36,867 nucleotides of DNA. Source: Macrostomum lignano (Eukaryota). A program made the position numbers and the translations under genes. The stretch spans positions 1-36,867 of the forward strand of contig NIVC01003565.1 in NCBI GenBank assembly GCA_002269645.1, in the 5' to 3' direction. The notes beneath the pieces were generated by a model, which ran no database searches, had not been told where the DNA came from, and was given only the letters and a program-made list of their open reading frames with translations. Shown in pieces: positions 22,599 through 33,212 of this stretch (positions are counted from its first letter, which is position 1; every line of letters starts with the position of its first letter).

Positions 22599-22865
22599 TT
22601 AGTTCGGAGCTTTCCGTCCCAGACTTGGGCTGGAGCTGATCAGAAGCTCTCCCGGACTTGACAGACCGTTCATGCCATCAAGGGCACTGCTGAACTCACC
22701 GCCGCCCTCATCAGCCAAGGTTGTCGTCAGCGTCGGGGGCGGTGGTGTCGAAGTCAACATGTGCGCCCGGCGCTGGGTGCCCTTGCGCGGCCTGGCAATC
22801 GGGTTGCTTCTGTCGCCGGCTTGACGAAGCGCGTGCAGCTTCCAGGCCTCCGCAAACATTGAGAC
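22599..22865 (-). CDS. BTBD19: BTBD19-like protein, last exon
   Basis: VSMFAEAWKLHALRQ...RPRKGTQRRAH matches the BTBD19 C-terminal motif VEQIVEAWKCHALRR...RRRRGTLPREH. Acceptor tgtcag|GTC (phase 0), TAA at 22599-22601. Confidence 0.88.
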   Translation of the reverse strand, partial: VSMFAEAWKLHALRQAGDRSNPIARPRKGTQRRAHMLTSTPPPPTLTTTLADEGGGEFSSALDGMNGLSSPGELLISSSPSLGRKAPN

Positions 22866-22992
22866 CTGACAGAGCAGGGAGGCCGAGGACAGCATTTTGT
22901 AGTGTTCTACCTCCCACAGAAAGAAGTAGAATAGTTAATCATAGAATGCTGCTATAATTAAGCTAGTGCATGCCTGCGCACTTAAACTTTAA

Positions 22993-23220
22993 GGATGATT
23001 CATGTTACTATTTATAGCAGCAGGATGATTCATGTTACTATTTATAGCAGCAAAGTGAATCATGTTACTATTTATAGCATCAGAATGAATCATGTTACTA
23101 ATAATAGCCGCAATGAGTCATGTTACTATTTTTAGCGCAACCCATGAATAATTTTACTATTTTTGGCCAGCAAAATCGTCTATAAATACAAGCGGTCCAA
23201 AGCGGTACCGGAGTCATACT
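22993..23220 (+). promoter_or_regulatory. Tandem 30-bp enhancer-like array (TGANTCA + CTAWWWWTAG) followed by a TATA box (23181) and an Inr-like TCATACT
   Basis: Five units each carry an exact AP-1-type and an exact MEF2-type consensus; a sixth unit is degenerate. TATAAAT lies just downstream. Confidence 0.65.
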
Positions 23221-23985
23221 CCCCACGGAAGAGGAGCGCTCCGAAGAGGAAGTCCTTAGAGAGACCTCCTGATCGCCTAGTCAATCGAGACTCGGTCGAG
23301 TTGTCGCGGTAAGCCTTGCTCATTTGCGCCAGTTGTTGAGTCGACTCACTATTGTTTTAGTGTGAGAGTCTGTTGAGACTCTTGAGTCCATTTGAGACCC
23401 CATTGGCTGTAGTCGCCCAAAGAAATACCTTAATAGATCTTAGAGGATCTATTAGAGATTACCGGAGCAATACCTAGAGTGCATGGAGGCACTGCTAGAA
23501 GGAGAAGGCTTAAGTGAAACCGCAGTTCGGCGCAGGGATCCCATTGTTGATACGAGGCCTCTGATTGGTCCTGACTGCGGATACCGGCCGGAAGTAACTT
23601 CATCGGAAGTACAAGAAGAACCAGGACCAGAGCAACTGAAGAACCAAGGCGCCTGATCTACCAGATCAACTGAGAGAACTACTGACGCAGGAGACTACAG
23701 ACGAGATCTCACCTGAATCAAGGTAAGCAGTACCTTCATTGATAACTGGGTTGCCTAGCTAAGAGCTAGAAGTGATTGTTTCTTGATTACAGAGAAAGTC
23801 TGGTAATAAGGAACACATCAATTTACCGTGTAGTTCGCAATCGAAATAACGAATATGCGGATGTACAGTTTTTAAACAGAATCCCACGGCCTTAGCTACA
23901 GTCTGTAAACAGAATCAGTCTTTACAAAAGACAGTCCAAAGACAGAATCCTGAGCCATAACTACAAACTGGCAGTAAACCTGAGC

Positions 23986-25282
<1,297 letters not shown>

Positions 25283-25639
25283 CTGCGCGGATCCGGGAGG
25301 CGGGCGGAGAGGCGGTAGAATGACTTATTTGAGACGAAGGCCTCAAAGACTTGGCTCTTTACCAACTGAGAGGTCATTTCATACAAGCAACCTCCTGACT
25401 CGAGTACGAGTGCAGCATTTGTGTCTTGGTGAGGACTTCTCACCTAGGTCTACGCCTTTATTGTAAGTAAAAGCAGCGTGATAGAATAACTATGGTCGAT
25501 TCAAAATGCACAGATAAAAGCATAGAAATATCTGTACGTCTTTAACGAGAAGCAGTTCATTTTGCAAACAAGAATACGCGCCGCGAGTCGCATTGCTTGT
25601 ACTTTATCGGAAGAGGTGCTTCCATGACATCGAGCTCAC

Positions 25640-26039
25640 CCTCCGCAGATCGTCCAGGCCGAACTCAACTGCCGCGGCCAGAACCTCCAGCGCGTTGGAC
25701 GGCCGCAGGCAGACGCAGTTGGTGTACAGGAACTCCAGCACCGAGGCAAACGTGTCCGGATTTGTCTCTGGCAGTATCAGCGACGTTGTCGCGGGCGAAG
25801 CGTCCATCGTCGATGCCGCAGCTGCGGGCGCCGGTGACGCCATCGGGGAGAGAGGCGAAGCGGATCGCGGATGCTGCTGCTGCTGCAGCTGATGATGGAG
25901 CTGGTGCTGCTGCAGGTGCTGCAGGTGGAAGCGGCTCGCCTCAGCGATCATCGCGCGGAAGGCGTCGCACCGGACGGCCACGAGGCAGCGGTGGGCGTAG
26001 AACGGGCGCCGGCTGCTGCCGATGATGAACTTCACGTCA
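25640..26039 (-). CDS. BTBD19: BTBD19-like, exon 2 (BTB/POZ domain with low-complexity insert)
   Basis: SDVKFIIG...FYAHRCLVAVRCDAFRAM...PETNPDTFASVLEFLYTNCV.L...NALEVLAAAVEFGLDDLRR is a typical BTB domain. Acceptor gcag|T (phase 2), donor AGG|gtgagc (phase 0). Confidence 0.93.
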
Positions 26040-26168
26040 CTGCTCGGAATTGGAGGGCTTTTGAGTTCGATGAAATCGCACTGGTTGATAACAAGCTGAA
26101 GTTAATTACGTGTGATATTAATCCAAGTGAAATTGGTATTACAAAGGAGAGGCACTGATACGTACATA

Positions 26169-26530
26169 GGGAGCAGTGACACAGGGAAGCAGTGACACAG
26201 GGGAGAAGTGACACAGGGAAGCAGTGACACAGGGGAGCAGTGACACAGGGGAGCAGTGACACAGGGGAACAGTGACACAGGGAAGCAGTGCCACAGGAAG
26301 CAGTGCCACAGGGAAGCAGTGACACAGGGAAGCAGTGACACAGGGGAGCAGTGACACAGGGAAGCAGTGACACAGGGAAGCAGTGACACAGGGAAGCAGT
26401 GACACAGGGGAGCAGTGACACAGGGGAGCAGTGCCACAGGGAAGCAGTGCCACAGCAAGCAGTGCCACAGGGAAGCAGTGACACAGGGGAGCAGTGACAC
26501 AGGGAAGCAGTGACACAGAGGAGCAGTGAC
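26169..26530. repeat. 16-bp minisatellite (GGGAAGCAGTGACACA), BTBD19 intron 1
   Basis: About 22 tandem copies are visible. Confidence 0.96.
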
Positions 26531-26635
26531 AGGAGAAACTGATAATGCAAAAAAGATGTTGCATGTACACTGTACATGCACAAGCCTACACAAGCTACGC
26601 CAGGTGCCACCAATTTGACCCATCATCAAACGCAC

Positions 26636-26724
26636 CTGGTTTCGCGGTCATTTAGCAGCTTCTTCATCTCCACAGCAAAGTAAGATGAGCTGCCGTGCAT
26701 CACCCGCTCTCCAACTGCTGGCAT
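26636..26724 (-). CDS. BTBD19: BTBD19-like, first coding exon (MPAVGERVMHGSSSYFAVEMKKLLNDRET)
   Basis: Context ccaccATGC. The peptide resembles the BTBD19 N-terminus VVHGKAEPFSAALRSLVNNPRY. Donor AG|gtgcgt (phase 2) completes the Ser codon with the next exon. Confidence 0.85.
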
Positions 26725-27088
26725 GGTGGAAGCAGAAATAGTGCCCTGTGGCAAGGTAAGAATGCAAAGCTTAATGTGAGCACCGACTGCTCAAGTAACT
26801 TAAGAAGCTGATGAGTCAGTCCTAGCAGATGGAGTCAAGCAGCCTCACAGGTTATATACTTTCAGACTGAGCTCTGACCCACGAGAGACAGGCACCGCCC
26901 AGCTCATCAGTATTATCGCGCCCCTATACGGAGTTGATGAATTATTAATGAGTTGTCAAAATTGCAACTCATCACCCTGCCTGGCTGCTTGCAGAGCCAA
27001 CACTGCCTCACCCTCTGATCTCCCAGTCCCAGCCTCCCAGCTACATGTAGGATGGACTTACGTGCGTCGTAGGAAGATGGGACACTCC

Positions 27089-27649
27089 GTTTCTTAGAAA
27101 GATATCTGACAAGGACGACCTGAGTATGACGGGAAACTGTTTCTTAGAAAGATATCTGACAAGGCCGGCCTGAGTAGGACGGGAAACTGTTTCTTAGAAA
27201 GATATCTGACAAGACGACCTGAGTAGGACGGGAAACTGTTTCTTAGAAAGATATCTGACAAGGCCGGCCTGAGTAGGACGGGAAACTGTTTCTTAGAAAG
27301 ATATCTGACAAGGCCAGCCTGAGCAGGACGGTAAACTGTTTCTTAGAAAGATATCTGACAAGGCCGGCCTGAGTAGGACGGGAAACTATTTCTTAGAAAG
27401 ATATCCGACAAGGCCAGCCTGAGCAGGACGGGAAACTGTTTCTTAGAAAGATATCTGACAAGGCCGACCTGAGTAGGACGGGAAACTGTTTCTTAGAAAG
27501 ATATCTGACAAGGCCGACCTGAGTATGACGGGAAACTGTTTCTTAGAAAGATATCTGACAAGGCCGACCTGAGTATGACGGGAAACTGTTTCTTAGAAAG
27601 ATATCTGACAAGGCCGACCTGAGTAGGATGGGAAACTGTTTCTTAGAAA
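27089..27649. repeat. 50-bp minisatellite with invariant dyad TTTCTTAGAAA, upstream of BTBD19
   Basis: gatatctgac recurs at 27101, 27151, 27201 and onward; 12 copies of TTCTTAGAA counted. Confidence 0.97.
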
Positions 27650-28207
27650 ACATTTTGGGCAGCATGGCTTTGCGCAAAATACAACATGGAGATTGGCGCT
27701 TTGCATGCTGAAATATGGGCATTCGATCTGCTCCCCAAAATCTGTTTTTGCTATGCAGCCCTTAAAATGTTTTTCTAAGAAACAAGATTTTCCTCGAATG
27801 AGTCTTACTTGATTTTAAAGGCCGACATTGCGCTAAAAATACCCAGCCGATGTGAATTTTTAAGTGCAAAATAATCGAGTCAGGACCAACTGAGGTGCAA
27901 GTCGAATATTTGAAAGTATTAGCAGTTCAAAAGCTGCAGTATTTCAATGATTTCTTTAAATCAATGGAGAATCGCATTAGTCTATTTGACAACTGAATCA
28001 GATGCGAACACTGCCATTGCAAGTAGACATGCGCGAATGCCTACAACTGCACGTAATTAAGATGGGCTAGCATTACAGATACCGTCAGTCAGCCTTACAG
28101 CCTTACAGACAGCAACAGAAAATGCTTAATGAACATCAAACAACAGTTTTAGATTTTCCGACAAAGAATCAGCTCTTTATAAATCAAAAAGTTAAAACTA
28201 CAGTCCT

Positions 28208-30040
28208 TTACAGTCTGTAAACATAACCAGGCCGCACATTACAGACAGTCTGTAAACATAACCAGGCCACACATTACAGACAGTCTGTAAACATAACCAG
28301 GCCGCACATTACAGACAGTCTGTAAACATAACCAGGCCGCACATTACAGACAGTCTGTAAACATAATTGGGCTACACATTACAGACAGTCTGTAAACATA
28401 ACCGAGCCACACATTACAGACAGTCTGTAAACATACCAGGCCGCACATAACAGACAGTCTGTAAACATAACCAGGCCGCACATTACAGACAGTCTGTAAA
28501 CATAACCAGGCCGCACATTACAGACAGTCTGTAAACATAACCAGGCCGCACATTACAGACAGTCTGTAAACATAACCGGGCCACACATTACAGACAGTCT
28601 GTAAACATAACCAGGCCGCACATTACAGACAGTCTGTAAACATAACCGGGCCACACATTACAGACAGTCTGTAAACATAACCGGGCCACACATTACAGAC
28701 AGTCTGTAAACATAACCGGGCCACACATTACAGACAGTCTGTAAACATAACCGGGCTACACATTACAGACAGTCTGTAAACATAACCGGGCCACACATTA
28801 CAGACAGTCTGTAAACATAACCGGGCTACACATTACAGACAGTCTGTAAACATAACCGGGCCACACATTACAGACAGTCTGTAAACATAACCGGGCTACA
28901 CATTACAGACAGTCTGTAAACATAACCGGACTACACATTACAGACAGTCTGTAAACATAACCGGGCCGCACATTACAGACAGTCTGTAAACATAACCGGG
29001 CCACACATTACAGACAGTCTGTAAACATAACCGGGCCGCACATTACAGACAGTCTGTAAACATAACCGGGCTACACATTACAGACAGTCTGTAAACATAA
29101 CCAGGCCGCACATTACAGACAGTCTGTAAACATAACCGGGCTACACATTACAGACAGTCTGTAAACATAACCGGGCTACACATTACAGACAGTCTGTAAA
29201 CATAACCGGGCTACACATTACAGACAGTCTGTAAACATAACCGGGCCACACATTACAGACAGTCTGTAAACATAACCGGGCTACACATTACAGACAGTCT
29301 GTAAACATAACCGGGCCACACATTACAGACAGTCTGTAAACATAACCGGGCCACACATTACAGACAGTCTGTAAACATAACCGGGCCACACATTACAGAC
29401 AGTCTGTAAACATAACCGGGCCACACATTACAGACAGTCTGTAAACATAACCGGGCCACACATTACAGACAGTCTGTAAACATAACCGGGCTACACATTA
29501 CAGACAGTCTGTAAACATAACCGGGCCACACATTACAGACAGTCTGTAAACATAACCGGGCTACACATTACAGACAGTCTGTAAACATAACCGGGCCACA
29601 CATTACAGACAGTCTGTAAACATAACCGGGCTACACATTACAGACAGTCTGTAAACATAACCGGGCCACACATTACAGACAGTCTGTAAACATAACCGGG
29701 CCACACATTACAGACAGTCTGTAAACATAACCGGGCCACACATTACAGACAGTCTGTAAACATAACCGGGCCACACATTACAGACAGTCTGTAAACATAA
29801 CCGGGCCGCACATTACAGACAGTCTGTAAACATAACCGGGCCACACATTACAGACAGTCTGTAAACATAACCGGGCTACACATTACAGACAGTCTGTAAA
29901 CATAACCGGGCCACACATTACAGACAGTCTGTAAACATAACCGGGCCACACATTACAGACAGTCTGTAAACATAACCGGGCCACACATTACAGACAGTCT
30001 GTAAACATAACCGGGCCACACATTACAGACAGTCTGTAAA
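28208..30040. repeat. 35-bp minisatellite (ACAGACAGTCTGTAAACATAACCGGGCCACACATT), about 52 copies, directly 3' of NUDT19
   Basis: Tandem copies are visible, each with the dyad TTACAGAC-A-GTCTGTAA. Confidence 0.98.
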
Positions 30041-30047
30041 CAGACTC

Positions 30048-30504
30048 CTACAGCCTGGCACACGGAGGCACAAGGGGCGGCCGGAAGCCGCACAGGGGCC
30101 GCAGGCCGCGGCAGTCCAGCCTAAACTTGGCGCTCGGCCCCGATTTCAGCGCCGGCCTGACGGCTCCCTCGGGAGTCACGTGACGCTCGGCGTCCGGGTT
30201 CACCGCATGCACAATCCGGTTGGCAGGCCGGTCCCGCATCAGCTGATCGTCGCCGATGCCGCCGAGGTCGACGTGCCGGCCGGAGTTGAAGTCGGGGCTG
30301 GCTGGGTAGCGGCAGTCGCCGGGGTGCATTGTGAAGGCCAGGCGCTGGCCGACGCCCAGCACGGGGAAGTACAGCTCCGTGCCCAGGCGGCCGCGGTGCT
30401 TGGCGAAGGCCTCCAGCGACTGCAGGGAGTCGGCCTGGCCGGCCAGCTTGGCCAGCTCGTACAGGGTGGGTGGCGAAAGGCTGAAGGCCGGCTCGGAGTG
30501 GAAC
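30048..30504 (-). CDS. NUDT19: NUDT19-like, last exon, ending in peroxisomal PTS1 -ARL
   Basis: LSPPTLYELAKLA...LEAFAKHRGRLGTELYFPV...HPGDCRY...NRIVH parallels NUDT19 LPPPQFYEVRRLA...LERWLPI...LPGDELY...HRIV. Acceptor gccag|G (phase 2), TAG at 30048-30050. ARL fits [SAC][KRH][LM]. Confidence 0.88.
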
Positions 30505-30533
30505 CTGGCAGGGCGGATTTTTAAATTAATAAA

Positions 30534-31390
30534 TTCTGACCCATTAAATACATGATCCTGACCCATTAGATACATGATCCTGACCCATTAGATACATGAT
30601 GATCCTGACCCATTTCATACATTATCCTGACCCATTAGATACATGATCCTGACCCACTAGATACATGATACTGAACCATTAGATACATGATCCTGACCCA
30701 TTAGATACATGATCCTGACCCATTAGATACATGATCCTGACACATTAGATACATGATGATCCTGACCCATTAGATACATGATCCTGACACATTAGATACA
30801 TGATGATCCTGACCCATTAGATACATGATACTGAACCATTAGATACAGGATCCTGACCCATTAGATACATGATCCTGACCCATTAGATACATGATACTGA
30901 ACCATTAGATACAGGATCCTGACCCATTAGATACATGATCCTGACCCATTAGATACATGATACTGAACCATTAGATACAGGATCCTGACCCATTAGATAC
31001 ATGATCCTGACCCATTAGATACATGATCCTGACCCATTAGATACATGATACTGAACCATTAGATACATGATCCTGACCCATTAGATACATGATACTGAAC
31101 CATTAGATACAGGATCCTGACCCATTAGATACATAATCCTGACCTATTAGATACATGATCCTGAACCATTAGATACATGATCCTGACACATTAGATACAT
31201 GATCCTGACCCATTAGATACATGATCCTGACCTATTAGAAACATGATCCTAACCTATTAGATACAAGATCCTGACCCATTAGATACATGATTCTGAATCA
31301 TTAGATACATGATCCTGAACCATTAGGTACATGATCCTGAACCATTAGATACATTATCTGACACATTAGATACATGATCCTGACCCACTT
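30534..31390. repeat. 22-bp minisatellite (GATCCTGACCCATTAGATACAT) filling NUDT19 intron 2
   Basis: About 38 tandem copies between the 31433 donor and the 30505 acceptor. Confidence 0.97.
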
Positions 31391-31433
31391 GATCCCAGAT
31401 ACCGCCGGAAACGCAGACCTTCACAGCGCGCAC

Positions 31434-31675
31434 CTGTCGATGGCCTCCACGGGCGGCAGCCAGTCGTGCTCGCCGGACATCTCAGCCAGGTCCAGCCGCA
31501 CTTGGAAGGCGGCCGGCAGGCAGCAGAGGAAGAAGGCCGTGTCGAACCGGCGGGGCGAGGACAGGGTGGAGGGCGTCAGCCAGTTCGACCACTCGTACAG
31601 GCTGTGCAGGTCCGGGCACAGGCCCAGGCTGCTAAACAGGCGGAGGAACTCGCGACCGTCTTGCTTCACTGCGGA
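31434..31675 (-). CDS. NUDT19: NUDT19-like, exon 2
   Basis: FLRL...PDLHSLYEWSNWLTP...RRFDTAFFLCCL...DLAE...W..P.EA is near-identical in pattern to NUDT19 FLRL...PDIWALHNWSAWLTP...RRFDTAFFLCCL. Acceptor ccgcag|TCC (phase 0), donor AG|gtgcgc (phase 2). Confidence 0.93.
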
Positions 31676-31688
31676 CTGCGGGAGAGCC

Positions 31689-32450
31689 TGTCTCTGTCTG
31701 TCTGTCTTAGCGTCTTAGTGTCTGTCTGTCTTAGCGTCTTAGTGTCTGTCTGTCTTAGTGTCTGAGTGTCTGTCTGTCTTAGTGTCTGAGTGTCTGTCTG
31801 TCTTAGTGTCTGAGTGTCTGTCTGTCTTAGTGTCTGAGTGTCTGTCTGTCTTAGTGTCTGAGTGTCTGTCTGTCTTAGTGTCTGAGTGTCTGTCTGTCTT
31901 AGTGTCTTAGTATCTTAGTGTCTGTCTGTCTTAGTGTCTGAGTGTCTGTCTGTCTTAGTGTCTGAGTGTCTGTCTGTCTTAGTGTCTGAGTGTCTGTCTG
32001 TCTTAGTGTCTGAGTATCTGTCTGTCTGTCTTAGTGTCTGAGTATGTGTCTGTCTGTCTTAGTGTCTGAGTATCTGTCTGTCTGTCTTAGTGTCTGAGTA
32101 TCTGTCTGTCTGTCTTAGTGTCTGAGTATCTGTCTGTCTGTCTTAGTGTCTGAGTGTCTGTCTGTCTTAGTGTCTGAGTATCTGTCTGTCTGTCTTAGTG
32201 TCTGAGTATCTGTCTGTCTGTCTTAGTGTCTGAGTATCTGTCTGTCTGTCTTAGTGTCTGAGTATCTGTCTGTCTGTCTTAGTGTCTGAGTGTCTGTCTG
32301 TCTGTCTTAGTGTCTTAGTGTCTGTCTTAGTGTTTGTCTGTCTGTCTTAGTGTTTGTCTGTCTGTCTTAGTGTCTTAGTGTCTGAGTATCTGTCTGTCTT
32401 AGTGTCTTAGTGTCTGTCTGTCTGTCTTAGTGTCTGTCTATCTGTCTTAG

Positions 32451-32515
<65 letters not shown>

Positions 32516-32565
32516 GTCTTAGTGTCTGTCTGTCTGCCTCTCTGTCTTGGTGCCTGTGTGTGTGC

Positions 32566-32606
<41 letters not shown>

Positions 32607-32643
32607 TGGTGCCTGTGTGTGTGTGCTGTCTGTCTGTGTGTCT
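31689..32643. repeat. (TCTG)n-derived compound micro/minisatellite (~24-28-bp TGTCTGTCTGTCTTAGTGTCTGAG) filling NUDT19 intron 1
   Basis: Pure (TCTG)n runs near 32450-32600 grade into longer composite units. Confidence 0.96.
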
Positions 32644-32726
32644 CTAAGGGTCCCCAATGCGAATGAAAAGTCTCCCAGAGATCAGTTGCAGCAGAAGCCC
32701 GGAGGCTCGCTGGCTGCCGCCCTCAC

Positions 32727-33212
32727 CTGCCACTCGGCCAGCCGCAGCTCCGGCCCGCTCGCCCACGTGTCGTGCGGCACCCGGTTGCCGTCGCCGTCCG
32801 CAGCCAGCAGGAGGCCGCACTCTTCGAAAGTCTCGCGCAGGGCGCAGATCCTCAGCGCCACCTCGGGCAGCAGTGCCAGCGGCGCCACGGACGCGGCGGC
32901 GCCTGACTCGAAAATTGGCGCCCTCCGCGCCGAGGCAAACTGCGCCGCCTGAGCCGCCAAGCCGTCGGCGCCGGGGTGCCAGGCGGCGAAGCTGCGCCCG
33001 CCGTTGGCGCGGAACAGCGGCAGCCAATCGGCGCTCGCGTCTACGCCGGGGTCAAACGCGCCGCCGGGAAAAACGCGCGCGTTAGCGAAGAAGGAGCTCT
33101 TGGCGGCGCGCTTGAGCAGCAGCACGCGGAGACCCTCGGTGACGAGGATCAGCGAGGCGGAGTCCCGCCATGACCTGGCAGCTGTGGCAGCGGCTGCTGA
33201 TGCACCCTTCAT
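32727..33212 (-). CDS. NUDT19: NUDT19-like acyl-CoA diphosphatase, exon 1 (split Nudix box)
   Basis: WRDSASLIL...RVLLLKR...FF.NARVFPGG..D...SADWL.LF...PEVALRICALRETFEECGLLL matches NUDT19, including the insertion inside the Nudix box. Donor CAG|gtgagg (phase 0). The start may instead be the in-frame ATG at 33239. Confidence 0.92.

Noticed and set aside
28208-30040. CRISPR-like array (35-bp palindromic repeat)
   Set aside because: Units are head-to-tail with no unique spacers, there are no cas genes, and the context is eukaryotic and spliced.
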